A stretch of DNA of 64,000 bases from an uncultured Bacteroidales bacterium (lineage in GTDB: Bacteria; Bacteroidota; Bacteroidia; Bacteroidales; SZUA-534), in the NCBI GenBank assembly GCA_902790595.1, contig CADASL010000005.1, positions 127,672 to 191,671 on the forward strand. Reading direction: 5' to 3'. Both the position numbers and the translations under genes were made by a program. This document shows positions 30,701-36,879 of the stretch, one piece after another. The notes below the pieces were generated by a model. The model did no database searches. It saw only the letters and a list, made by a program, of their open reading frames with translations, and was not told the origin of the DNA. Every line of letters begins with the position of its first letter. The stretch's first letter is position 1.

Positions 30701-30730
30701 CAATAAATTGTGCAAAATATTCTTATTCAT
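15713..30730 (-). CDS. Giant (5005 aa) T9SS-secreted beta-helix/repeat surface protein, putative adhesin
   Basis: Signal peptide; many VxFxG..Q.I / G.G.K.L beta-helical repeats; PLPIELFSFTA...DW.TASE.NN.YF.IE domain and type-A CTD ending VYLIKV...VSKFVVE. Confidence 0.9.
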   Translation of the reverse strand: MNKNILHNLLLGLFVMLVSTVSAVGQGKTFTSNVVTGNWSATSTWTPTPSVGDFTSGDNSFVIADGHTVTIDTSVTVENLKVSGGGKLIFGSEAGKDKTVIVENGFEVQAGAEVDVAALEGTHVLKITGGFANNGTIHFRKTSSIQVVNVVFDGTQTISGAGTTVFNNFEVASGTVKTNVDLDINGSFTLGSGGKFNINSREMHIAGNFTKNAPNAEDFAYTNGTVVFDGGKVQTISGVGDNNWFNKLTVTNGSFIVVSSKIFVGNEFHITGNSTVSSSTELHFCGDFLVDTGSTYDTNTSFTCFFRGHEMGAADGDQTITINGDAVFAGISCRSKSGVIGTKTFHGNIYSTAELRAWGKARIVDDAATYSHSFSGCLAEGGIDLQSPMRLTGGTFRKYNADPDKSGSVLGDYSLGSGKITVAGSVYIRSGGTLNVSNDVEIESGYIVLVGSYTVEGSDTTWYQAVLKGDDNHTLTVNNGTNLYMRGKNNFPQDINVVFGETSKAVYDSEFDQDIYPTTYGGLYLKYKTKTFMGNTTILNNLEVYPATNGEVNVKMDNHTHILKNCIVDDPNMNGETNITSTGTLIMQCSGNRSQYIYKRGAGAYTFNNLQFVSNDPEYAQTKYITGDITVNGTLSLSNNSDNEVLCLALDIDNYNISGGPNSAFSLGNNCRIKTSGANNFEDMMDTFGSVNMNANSVVQFDATDVEQKIPGVTYGNIYLYGNTVKRLDPNNPHIVIQGWIEDNGYTPVFTVDNANAQIEIEGNWQLEDAKVNINPGATVLFNGSGPQEIVQTTLPNVEMQGGDVKTLKSTMTINGNLTLHAGCEVNADNRTIYLNGNFVNIDAGGGVFHQLAGSLYLRGTGNTQTIAVYNVNNNQFNNIYIEKNENDTCRFLTDVKVGGNLMTANKKGHIDIEDHTITIGGDLYMYQTCNLLHTGDAMLHFNSSTTEQLIRNYNLSIIYPKMRFTGSAVKRPYDNAFDIDGDVIIDDDAIVTSGYKLYVSGNWRNSGTFNHSSDIVFDGANQEISGSTFNNVTFSGTGTKSLGGNINVAGWLKIDSLARLDVSNDDGATSYNITLNSYWYNNIWSPDHTKTGYFEPREGTVTFVGNNSWEYTGDSLNANGVGRQGKAFYNVVVNLSEPTNYTGLYPIYKTANDIKSEQNDIYIKKDLTINNGIFYTYWNNMFVGGNLRNLGGTFSMNSHYSQYAKLYLGGTERSCLFDPGTSSTVRQIEVCGGGKYDLMNDFVMDGSAVDSLLHIRNGELCLNHHIIRMNSDQGKVIINTNGTLTIDSAAVLAMYKNKYIHNYGTLNLLGHKDSPAKIQPASVGWYYELIQFGGKIAANHYSIEGTKGNGLEIRGGTIDAENHLQNGSFSGGTGNALLTLSGIDLGTGLTVDTIVFNARIASGKKYPTYNVERTSGTGRITFTNYDGTFYGKQYQNNKNSEEFIKWQTIDGYYWTGNAGDGRWNSKHNWDKESVPGANDVVILDHSQLTGAAATAPYTVTVDTQAFVKNLTIDEKVTLRIAGVDGKSAYGLIMNGKLNMLQNSTLEQVAERDSLILRGAWTSAGKYRPNGQPVVFASAVGTHQLTFPDNDTIGTMIIRGPGSLSMLGTINVKDSVVLNGGILIGNNATIKVGGDWIPRNGVFDIRESKVYFCGNDNSKIQKIHGGRFWGVYFQHASQKNIVDNMSVFNTFQIEENSATVNAGAHNIYMTGTTTTNWLNKSANPGIFDQTGGGSVVFNGTAAAIGSTTAGYGPTRFNNVSIQGSGSKYFYDIAYIKGSIEVVAGTNIVVTCDGGIDGENVGTLQMNGGGYYIYGVDNFAKNMASIDLSGGTVYYRDSADQKVFPTTYSGLYFYNEYKPNSKKVSTKTLQGDITVTGSITINDSLAILDVNNHTITLTGGIGMATKGKQIKWGANGTVIHVGGSWNVDADITDFCNVYKRGTGYLGANNHWTVTGNMDFLSETQLYMRGYTINCPDTVSAGKSFTMGASCQLHTEVDSSLGVAFPTGFATYTLDESSVTYLEGATNQKLFAGVEYGRVVLNNTAVRSVVLTGNTYVRDNFTVNQNNIKLIDNGFNLHLKGASNDLRNYLPTAKLYLEAERDQSVTAGGSFTKLYINDLEISGTGTKEINETNVYITGDINIRENSTFSCNDPVMFSGLNITNLGKFYHYGNLFTFTGDTTHNIYMGSDNQFYGFAVDNADTVIVNGNGINVYNGLFTLGTNSKLDMGAFTHKIASTQIDKTATSVWITENSNFVFNRGGNQSLPEMQCKDIQISTSGTKTLKGDLRAKNVTIDSGTTFSVGSNAGEAKTVYVSGSWNNQGTFTSQTDTVYFESPGPGADNGKTILSNESWFNVVVFNKTDKSESTYSLQDRMLLKDGMIIGENATVKLNGNDMIVGNDDPNPTVYPFRPPGEYINVLPGGHLYVDAGSSLLFDHNDGNTKLNVEGKLSMIGTSTSNAVIGRVSGHERIGTEVDIKPGATIAANYYQVQYLASTGFVIERGANIHETNNLSNGNWSNMFTDNSFTSLIDKVTVVNTFVYLTINAESVADTIRNLSFIHGGTPKIGTHFNIQRDTTLADTIKLGGNITGNMGYQTFERYCFKNSDVNHTTPITHKIKWPPITQIVWTGAVNSDWFNPRNWSPNRVPNSELSVMIPLTANSPIIYRNNAECKNLTIANGSLTIDEVVSTPLTVHGSVDVQDGGVLSVDDDAIIDVYGDWSIATKGYFVPQNGTVRFLAPGGSVSINPRKSDFNNIEFNGEATYMLAGSPINVKGDFTINKGLVEPSAESYVYNIYGDYKIAGSGNFKQRVVGFVNFAGTNQVITNGKFSRVRFSNSGTKTLKNSFSATYNNSTRTNRTIIVEGTAELAVESGALTIAGNVLIDAGATFNDGGLTHTFTGYYWDGLGGHSGDGTVMFSGNHGQYIYGGKFHNLQMTNSTKYINGDVTLTGDLTIYSCTLDMLVNNITGPDAGTSGTFAMGTSSNIYARGANNYPKFGNYTVTGTSKSYYSGPMNQTIRKANYGYLYLNSDTEKGLEGDVDILKDIYFYDNGGTLCANNHSIFVGQHWYNQYSGTFVPGTGRVIFNGTSGTQYAYLGVSVENPFYDIAVQKEEGQTFSPSGANLEIRNTLTVTSGKMSCPNGFKVFIGGDMQVSSDGIVAQSGCYEFNRESGTCNIQTNGSILNDVIINGGTDDCVFQLSDNFTEYGNFTLQRGIFKQKGFTATLGNSTDNIIIYGQYEVTPSGVLRIGDVSTLVVKAGGRFEVVGDATHYAQVTNNTGRYYFNVESGATIAAQYYNFSYLAKQGLIIFNGAIVDQDDNFSNGIFSNVVSAGVCLDFRNSQSFHGTGTGKQISNISFPNNPGGGAVNIKKTENSSGQIDVYNSTGMMAGALYENDPYGLINWLGDVEYVWTAGANTQDWFDPNNWTAKLNGSVVPHNIPTESNNVVIPASLAGGLINVKFPVITHDSAKAKKLTIERNASLTINIPSETEDLGHSLVIMSDMDIKGNLSFTHEYETVSVYGNWNVANTGSVTATQGTVEIKGVGVKTINNRTYNLKNLVINNNGTVQIQAPLTVDGDFTIEQGIFDVTTTNHKLTVGGSFENKGKFLAQSGTLSLKGTGTHTFKPGSNSYYNVSIDGSGIYTLLTNGLYVNHNLDVNDGTLRVGANFINAGDGSGVDYLNISGTLDLQSNARLKIGNNATIAVNDGGKISMIGAENNEVLVTSQNISGTYAFNINDGGTISAKHYKIERVNADGVHLMAGSHIDAAPNNMSDGQFVGGAAGGRYLWLENNLENADDTVTISRVSFNTGARYNAKRRGASAQGVIQFEDAVGVVASYYFEDDDVVAGKSGAVSGGITWSYTSPTLYWKGGNVIAGIDANGTRWDNTGNWDDMAGGSGVPSNATLVFIPNVSGAGGSGLYPVLNSGDNGEAKGITIFGGATLTIGGGKNLNVGNALSIADGGKLIASDGTNLSTIKIGGQLSNAGKFVHGGSSTVEWTSASSYDIAMNGDTLYNFTVSNKPGSTITFSMKRGESLVVENNFTIGGGTVDCKQGTLVVRGNFIKESGATFAHGDGTVKLNGSGNQTITSPDELEFYNLELTGSGTKSINVDIKVRKAITIGTTVSADTADIRCYGDWKMPGGGNYRNNFNGGTGTVYFCGTTRQTIGKEEQFTNVMFNNSSAAPAFTTNYPLTINGVLTLERGILQGSMSQPIHLGNSATLSGGGETAYINGIVEKGGSNDFLFPIGGSDRYAPIEISDLSASAVYRASYYSVKPNYQDSLPTNVNRISTKEYWKLERASGSGTPKVSLYWMNRNYSGLQDLEVASVVLYNANRWTRQGETSLSNVHYLDGHVIDTLKGYVTTSTRIDAPGMITFGFTYPTIEWKINPDNDVYTTKANWEGKYSPSSTTNIKVHGTAVYHPVVRANGHCYDMTIDEGGILEVEAGKTLTVHGNATIPSTGKLILGQNAKIYFMRDVEANEAIVEAEPGSEVRISGTANQSVKLDSCYSIVFEGGSAGRKNTFTKTLVTDVKVFGSLSVGDYTVLSANNRRISVGKDFSVTANGDLAGASTIELNGSGEQRISIAPNRSLSTLQINNSSASTTPQIKLQNTTKISKRLELTKGVVESKESARLTLEKDATSSRASLNSYVTGPMEKQGSQGFIFPLGQNGVLGEIGISEWGANAISFVANYQRSRPASINSLDPLVTNVSIMEHWKMFKTASGSANPYVTLYWRVDSISGIIEPSELCVAVFDEGKWKSAGNGASAGTRHGAGSVKSGNKVNIAYKATASSMRSVRASMVRGGIQPMAAANETNITYGNKAAYEINPLPIELFSFTAEAVANNDVRLDWSTASEHNNAYFTIEHTFNGVTEMIAEVAAQGGAGEGADYSYLHINQPVGTHYYRLHQTDIDGTTTIASEWVAVVVEDANQPQLMMGIVPNPGKCENIKVSVSGISGGKFRYVVADMSGQSLIDRTINTAESTSYQIDATDWNLQPSVYLIKVFTDNGQTVSKFVVE

Positions 30731-31066
30731 AATATTACAATAATTTCAAATTATCCCCAAAACACTATTTACAGTACTTTTAATAGGTGCGAAAATTAAG
30801 CTATTACCTATATAAATAAGGTTTTTTGTGGCGAAATGCTACTTCTTTTTGACAAATGTCAAGCAGTTTTTTTTATGACAATACGATTAAAACGCCAATT
30901 GCATTTTTTTGCAAGGAACGCGGATTTAGTCTATGGGTAAAATATTAGAAATGTATTAGATAGCATACCGTTTTTTTTCAACATTCACACTGTCGAAAAA
31001 AAACACGATGGCGAACATTCTGTTCCGAATTCGCGACTACCTTCGCCAAACAAAAAAACGAACACA

Positions 31067-33022
31067 ATGGAAGCCGAAAAGGATTTTGAATACGTTATCG
31101 ACCGCTTTGCCGACATCAAGATTATGCGGTACAAAGTGCCTGAATTTGAGAATCTTACACTCAATCAAAAGATATTCATCTACTATCTGAGCCAGGCGGC
31201 GCAGTGCGGACGAGACATTATTTTCGACCAGTTCTACCGCCACAACCTGCTGGTGCGCCGCACCGTGGACGCCATTGTCAGCAGTTACGGCGGCAATCGC
31301 GAAAGCGGTGATTTTAAGCAGTTTATGGTTTACGCTAAACGTGTTTGGTTCAGCAACGGCGTGCACCACCACTACAGTTGCGACAAGTTTTTCCCCGAAA
31401 TTGACGCCGAAACATTTAAGCAACTGATTCTCAATTCCGATTTCGGTCAAATGCCGAAAAACGAAGGCGAATCGGCGGCGGATTTTGCCAATCGGGTAAC
31501 CGAGATAATATACAGCAAATCAGACCTTAAGCGTGTCAGTCTTGACAGCAGCGGCGATGTGGTGAAGGCATCGGCGTGCAATTTCTACAGCGGTGTGAGT
31601 CAGGCCGAAGTGGAAGCGTACAACGCCACTCTGCCCCAACCCGACGCGGCTCGGCCACTGTCGAACGGACTCAACAGCCGCCTTGTGAAAACCAACGGGC
31701 GCATCACCGAAGAAACTTATCGCGTAGGCGGGAAATATGGCAAGGCTATCGAACAGATTGTCAGTTGGTTAACAAAAGCTGCGCCTTACGCTGAAACCGA
31801 CCAGCAGCGCCAATCGATTGAAAAACTCATCAGTTACTACCAAACAGGCGACCTGCGCACTTGGGACGAGTATAACATATTGTGGGTCAGCGACAACGAG
31901 CCGCTAGTGGATTTTGTTAACGGCTTTATCGAAGTGTACGGCGACCCGCTCGGCATCAAGGCCACGTGGGAATCGCTTGTCAACTTCAAAGACCTGACGG
32001 CAACACGCCGAACCGAGACCATCAGCGGCAACGCGCAATGGTTTGAAGACCACGCACCCATCGACAGCCGTTTCAAGAAAAAGAACGTTAAAGGCGTGAC
32101 TGCCAAAGTGATAACCGCTGTTCAACTTGGCGGCGACTGCTACCCGTCGACGCCCATCGGCATCAATCTGCCCAACGCCGACTGGATTCGCAAGGAACAC
32201 GGTTCGAAGTCAGTCACCATCGAGAACATCACCTACGCCTACCATCAGGCGAGCCTTGGCAGCGGAATGCTCGACGAGTTCTGCCACGACGAAGCCGAAC
32301 GCGCCCGCTCGCGCAAATACGGCTACAAATCGAGCAACCTGCACACCGACCTGCACGAGTGTCTGGGACACGGCTCGGGCCAACTGCTGCCTGGCACCAA
32401 CCCCGACGCGCTGAAAAACTACAGTTCGACTCTGGAAGAAGCCCGCGCCGACCTTTTCGCACTCTACTACATTGCCGACCCGAAGATTGTTGAGCTAGGA
32501 TTATTGCCTGACAATGAAGCGTTTAAGGCAGAATACGACTCGTATATCCGCAACGGCCTAATGACGCAACTCACGCGCATCGAGTTGGGCAAGGACCTTG
32601 AAGAGTCGCATATGCGCAACCGCCAACTCATTGCCCGCTGGGCGCTCGAAAAAGGCAAAGCCGAAAATGTGGTTGAACTGCTGAAAATCGACGAAAAAAG
32701 TTACACCCGAATCAACAATTACGCGAAACTGAGAGAACTTTTCGGCAAGTTGCTGGCTGAAATTCAAAGGATTAAATCGGAAGGCGATTTTGAAGCGGGA
32801 AAAGCTCTTGTCGAAACTTACGCCGTGAAAATAGACCGCATACTTCACGCCGAAGTGCTGCAACGCTTTGAGAAACTGAACATTGCGCCATACGGTGGTT
32901 TTGTGAATCCTGTGCTGAAATCTGTTGTTGAGAATGACAAAATTACAGATATAACTATCGATTACACAGAGAGTTACACCGAGCAAATGTTGCGGTACGG
33001 ACGGGAATTTGGGTTTCTATAG
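31067..33022 (+). CDS. Dipeptidyl-peptidase III (peptidase M49)
   Basis: HECLGH zinc motif and EEARAD. Confidence 0.93.
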   Translation: MEAEKDFEYVIDRFADIKIMRYKVPEFENLTLNQKIFIYYLSQAAQCGRDIIFDQFYRHNLLVRRTVDAIVSSYGGNRESGDFKQFMVYAKRVWFSNGVHHHYSCDKFFPEIDAETFKQLILNSDFGQMPKNEGESAADFANRVTEIIYSKSDLKRVSLDSSGDVVKASACNFYSGVSQAEVEAYNATLPQPDAARPLSNGLNSRLVKTNGRITEETYRVGGKYGKAIEQIVSWLTKAAPYAETDQQRQSIEKLISYYQTGDLRTWDEYNILWVSDNEPLVDFVNGFIEVYGDPLGIKATWESLVNFKDLTATRRTETISGNAQWFEDHAPIDSRFKKKNVKGVTAKVITAVQLGGDCYPSTPIGINLPNADWIRKEHGSKSVTIENITYAYHQASLGSGMLDEFCHDEAERARSRKYGYKSSNLHTDLHECLGHGSGQLLPGTNPDALKNYSSTLEEARADLFALYYIADPKIVELGLLPDNEAFKAEYDSYIRNGLMTQLTRIELGKDLEESHMRNRQLIARWALEKGKAENVVELLKIDEKSYTRINNYAKLRELFGKLLAEIQRIKSEGDFEAGKALVETYAVKIDRILHAEVLQRFEKLNIAPYGGFVNPVLKSVVENDKITDITIDYTESYTEQMLRYGREFGFL

Positions 33023-33154
33023 TTTATTATTGAACGCCGATAACGCTGATTGAACTGATTTACATAGTTTTTTCAAAGAAATACAACTACATTTGGCGCT
33101 ATAAAGAGATACTCTTTATAATATTTCGTGAACTTTGCTGATAAATCACTAACT

Positions 33155-34153
33155 ATGAGAACCATATGTTTTTTAACAACATTTGCTTTTACTTTCTTGT
33201 TTAATGCAGCCAACGCAACAAGTCAAACGCTTACAGAACAAATAATTAACTATTACAACAAACTAAATAAAACAGAATATTGCCAAAGTCTTATTGATGC
33301 TTATAAAAAAGACCATTTGAAATTGGCGAAAAGGGAACCGCCATTCGGAAATCCTTCTGATTCATTGTGTTTAGCTGGAGATATAAATTATTTCACAAAT
33401 ATGGTTAATCAACCAGACCCATATTTCGTGTTAAAGTTGAATATCATCAACAATCAATTCGTAATTGACACTCTATCACCTAACTTCGACTTGTATTGGT
33501 TTGGAAAGCAATATGGCTCGAAAGGGAAAAGTGTAGATATTGTAGTTACAGAAAGTCCGAATTTTATACCGCTAACTTGTAATGAATTCTTCTATCAAGC
33601 GACTTCAAAAAAAATTGTAAACAGAGCAGCAAAAGCTATGCGTGAAATCTTAAAGAAAAAGCCATTTTGTCTTTTGTCTTGCGATGAAATTTTAGCATTA
33701 ATATATATGCTTGACGGAAAGATATATGTTTATGATTTGGTTAGTATGAAAGAATACGAAGCCGATTTCTTTTTACAGAATGTATATATAAACTATAAAG
33801 ACAAATTGCATACCCAATCGTATGGTGACACCGAATACGAACAAATTGCCGCAGAAACGAATAATTACAAAGGATTGGGATGCAAGAACTCTAACTATAT
33901 CAAATACTTGCATAGTCATTTTGAATTTGAACAACTATTGAGAACTGACTTGGAAAAAAGAGGAACAATGCGCACAATAGCAGAGGCTGACGGAGTAGTT
34001 AACGCCTATTTCCCTATCAAACAAAGGGTTCATACTGATAATGTCCGAGATTTACAATTCTTCACTGACAAGGTGATAGTACGTTTCAGAATAGGTTCAT
34101 TCAAAACTTCCTCAATGAATAATGATTGGCGTTTCTTTTATATAAAGAAATAA
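33155..34153 (+). CDS. Hypothetical secreted protein, AT-rich insert
   Basis: Signal peptide from ATG 33155; AT-rich relative to neighbours. Confidence 0.7.
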   Translation: MRTICFLTTFAFTFLFNAANATSQTLTEQIINYYNKLNKTEYCQSLIDAYKKDHLKLAKREPPFGNPSDSLCLAGDINYFTNMVNQPDPYFVLKLNIINNQFVIDTLSPNFDLYWFGKQYGSKGKSVDIVVTESPNFIPLTCNEFFYQATSKKIVNRAAKAMREILKKKPFCLLSCDEILALIYMLDGKIYVYDLVSMKEYEADFFLQNVYINYKDKLHTQSYGDTEYEQIAAETNNYKGLGCKNSNYIKYLHSHFEFEQLLRTDLEKRGTMRTIAEADGVVNAYFPIKQRVHTDNVRDLQFFTDKVIVRFRIGSFKTSSMNNDWRFFYIKK

Positions 34154-34236
34154 ATACTCGTTATGCCATAAGAATAGATTTTTCCAAAAATCACAAAATT
34201 ATGCCACCCCAAAAACGCCTAAAATCCAAAGGGAAC

Positions 34237-34273
34237 AATGTTGCGGTACGGACGGGAATTCGGGTTTTTGTAA
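34237..34273 (+). repeat. Duplicate of the DPP-III 3' end (32986-33022)
   Basis: Both copies read MLRYGREFGFL*. Confidence 0.9.
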
Positions 34274-34279
34274 AGATTA

Positions 34280-34438
34280 CGCAAACAAATCGTCAATCAC
34301 CACTCGGTCGCGGCGGTCGATAAGCAGGTCGATTTGCACACGGCGGGTGTCGGTTTCCGAAGTGTCGTCATCGGTTGAATACCAGCACGATTCCTCACTT
34401 AAAACGGCCGAAATGCCGATAGTTTTTTTTCATCTGCG
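34280..34438 (-). pseudogene. Remnant of an AAA ATPase with PD-(D/E)xK-like C-terminus
   Basis: Manual translation: QMKK/(frameshift)IGISAVLSEESCWY...VQIDLLIDRRDRVV-IDDLFA*; resembles the C-terminus of Bacteroidales ATP-binding proteins with an internal deletion. Confidence 0.6.
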
Positions 34439-34452
34439 CAAGTTTTGATTCT

Positions 34453-34590
34453 GTCGGAATCTACAAAAAAAAATACACATTCCGACCAAATCAAACTTTG
34501 AAATTGTCGGAATCTTGTCAAAATAGATAGATTCCGACTAAATCGAAATTCAAGAATATCGAAATTATATCAGATACAGAGAATTACGAC
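34453..34590. repeat. Three tandem palindromic units
   Basis: GTCGGAAT...ATTCCGAC at 34453-34486 and 34506-34538; degenerate third at ~34558-34590. Confidence 0.75.
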
Positions 34591-34608
34591 CAGCACGCAG
34601 AAAGCACA

Positions 34609-34639
34609 TTTGAAGATTTATCGGATTTTTCTATCTTTG
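34609..34639 (+). promoter_or_regulatory. Promoter of the RNA ligase gene
   Basis: TTTG-N19-TATCTTTG. Confidence 0.65.
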
Positions 34640-34697
34640 TAGAAAGCGAAAATTATAGCGCTTCCTGACAACGAATCAATCTTAAAACAAACTGTAT

Positions 34698-35741
34698 ATG
34701 AGAAAATTAGCAAGCATTCAGGTGATTAACGGCGTTGAGCCCATCGAAGGAGCCGACCGTATTGAACTTTGCCACGTTTTGGGGTGGCAGTGCGTGGCGA
34801 ACAAAGGCCAGTTCAAGGTTGGCGACAAATGCGTCTATTTCGAGATTGACAGTTTTCTGCCCGTGAGACCGCAATTCGAGTTTCTGCGCGCCACAAGCTA
34901 CCGCAAGACCAACGTTATGGGCGAAGGTTTTAAAATTAAGACAATGAAGTTCCGCGGACAAATTTCGCAGGGCCTCATCCAACCGCTGAGCGCCTTCAGC
35001 GAACTTGCCGCCGACACCGAAATTGGCACCGACGTGACTGAAACTCTGGGTGTTAAGGAATGGGAAATTGAAGAGCGGGCAACCACTGGTGGCACAATTG
35101 TGGGCCAGTTGCCATACGACGTGCCCCACACCGACGAGACGCGCGTGCAAGCCTGCCCCGAACTCATTCAGGAATTTGCGGGACTGGAATATTACATTTC
35201 GACAAAAATGGACGGTTCGTCGCACTCTATCAGTCTGGACCAGAACGGATTCCACGTCACAGGCCACAACTACGAATATAAAGACGACGACACTTCGGAC
35301 TTCTACAAACTTGTGAAAGAGCGTGGCTACGAGTCGGCCGTTCGCAACTATTTTGAAACCAATGGTTTGCGAACGCTCACCATTCAAGGCGAGTTTTGCG
35401 CGCCTGGAATCCAAAACAACCGCCTGAAACTGCTGAAACCAGAATGGTACGTATTCACCGTGCGCGTGAACGGCCAGCGCGTTGGGCTGCGTAAAATGCA
35501 GGAAATCTGCACCGATTTGAATCTGACAATGGTGCCTATTGAAGAAGTTGACACCGACCTGCCGACCAAATATCCGACTGTGGAATCGCTGCTCGCGCGG
35601 TCCGACGGCCAGTACCCCAACGGCGGCAAAAAAGAAGGTATTGTCATCCGCCCCACCGAGCCAGTTTTCAGCACGCTAATCAGCGCCAGCCTGTCAATGA
35701 AAGTGGTGAACAACAATTATTTGCTAAAAAACGAGGATTGA
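34698..35741 (+). CDS. ATP-dependent RNA ligase, DRB0094 family
   Basis: N-terminal MRKLASIQ...IEGADRIE...GWQCV module; KMDGSS (motif I), QGEF, EGIVIRP, KVVNNNYL. Confidence 0.88.
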   Translation: MRKLASIQVINGVEPIEGADRIELCHVLGWQCVANKGQFKVGDKCVYFEIDSFLPVRPQFEFLRATSYRKTNVMGEGFKIKTMKFRGQISQGLIQPLSAFSELAADTEIGTDVTETLGVKEWEIEERATTGGTIVGQLPYDVPHTDETRVQACPELIQEFAGLEYYISTKMDGSSHSISLDQNGFHVTGHNYEYKDDDTSDFYKLVKERGYESAVRNYFETNGLRTLTIQGEFCAPGIQNNRLKLLKPEWYVFTVRVNGQRVGLRKMQEICTDLNLTMVPIEEVDTDLPTKYPTVESLLARSDGQYPNGGKKEGIVIRPTEPVFSTLISASLSMKVVNNNYLLKNED

Positions 35742-35745
35742 TAAT

Positions 35746-36621
35746 TCACTGCAAACTGCAGAGATAGCCCAACTTGTAAAATCCGAACAGTCGCACTGAC
35801 GGGTTGGCGCTCAGCAAGTTACGCTCAAGCGAGCGGCGCAGCAATCGGAATTTAAACGAGACAAAGCCTGCCAAATGCAGTTTTTGTAACTTGCTGTAAG
35901 TCTGCAACAATTGGCTGTAGCCTTGCAATTCATCGGCGTGGGCTTTCAGGTTTTCGATTCCGCAACGGGTTTTGGCAAGAAATTGTTCCGCGGTGTCGGT
36001 ATCGTCGTGATAGACAGGATTTTGGATATGCAGAATCGGCTCGGCGGCCAACTGCAGTTTCTCACCGAAAAGAGTGTCTTCGTGGCCGTAATCCACAAAC
36101 GTCTCATCGAAGCGGATTTGCTGAGCCAATTTACTATCAATCAGATAGTTTGACGTTTTAAAACTCTTGTACGGACAGGCTTGCCGCTGTTTCAATGTCA
36201 GCACTTCGTGAGTGACGCCGTATTTATAGCGCAACGGATTGACATTCTGCTCGTTGCCACTTCGGTAGGCCAATCCGCCACAAACAACCCGCGCCTGCCC
36301 CATTGCATCGGCGTAGCGTTTCAAGAAATCGGCATCGGCAGGAAAAACATCGGCATCCAAACACAAAATCCATTGATATTTAGCCTCTTGCAACAATCGG
36401 TTGCGCATCTTGGCAATATCAATTCTTACGTCAAGCCGAACAAATCGACAATTGGGCATATTGGCTATTTGGCTGTTTTTCTGCACAATATCAGCATCAG
36501 TCGAAGCATCGTCAACCACAACAATCTCATAAGCCAAATGCAAAGCATCGGCTTGCCGCGACAATTCGGCAACTAACTGATTACAAGCACAATTATATGT
36601 CGGTATCAGAATCGAAAGCAT
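35746..36621 (-). CDS. Glycosyltransferase family 2
   Basis: MLSILIPTYN, VVDDAS, LDAD, YGHEDT. Confidence 0.9.
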   Translation of the reverse strand: MLSILIPTYNCACNQLVAELSRQADALHLAYEIVVVDDASTDADIVQKNSQIANMPNCRFVRLDVRIDIAKMRNRLLQEAKYQWILCLDADVFPADADFLKRYADAMGQARVVCGGLAYRSGNEQNVNPLRYKYGVTHEVLTLKQRQACPYKSFKTSNYLIDSKLAQQIRFDETFVDYGHEDTLFGEKLQLAAEPILHIQNPVYHDDTDTAEQFLAKTRCGIENLKAHADELQGYSQLLQTYSKLQKLHLAGFVSFKFRLLRRSLERNLLSANPSVRLFGFYKLGYLCSLQ

Positions 36622-36879
36622 CTCGCCCGTTTTGGGCAAAGGTAAGAAAATATTGGTGTCGGCATTCGGATTGGCCAAACGTCGGCAATTTGAACAGACC
36701 AATATCAAATTACGTGAAAGTACATCCGCAGGAAACGAATTATCAGCAGATTATTGTTCTGATTTTCAAAACGATAATAAAAACATTAGATAAACCCACC
36801 GTTTTAATAGGTTTATTTGTGGTTGTGAAATAAAAAATCATAAATTTGCGGCCGATAAAAACGTTTAAAAGAAAGAAAA

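Noticed and set aside
30849-30862. Palindrome TTGACAAATGTCAA upstream of the giant gene
   Set aside because: A single short imperfect palindrome in AT-rich DNA; cannot be supported as an operator without comparative data
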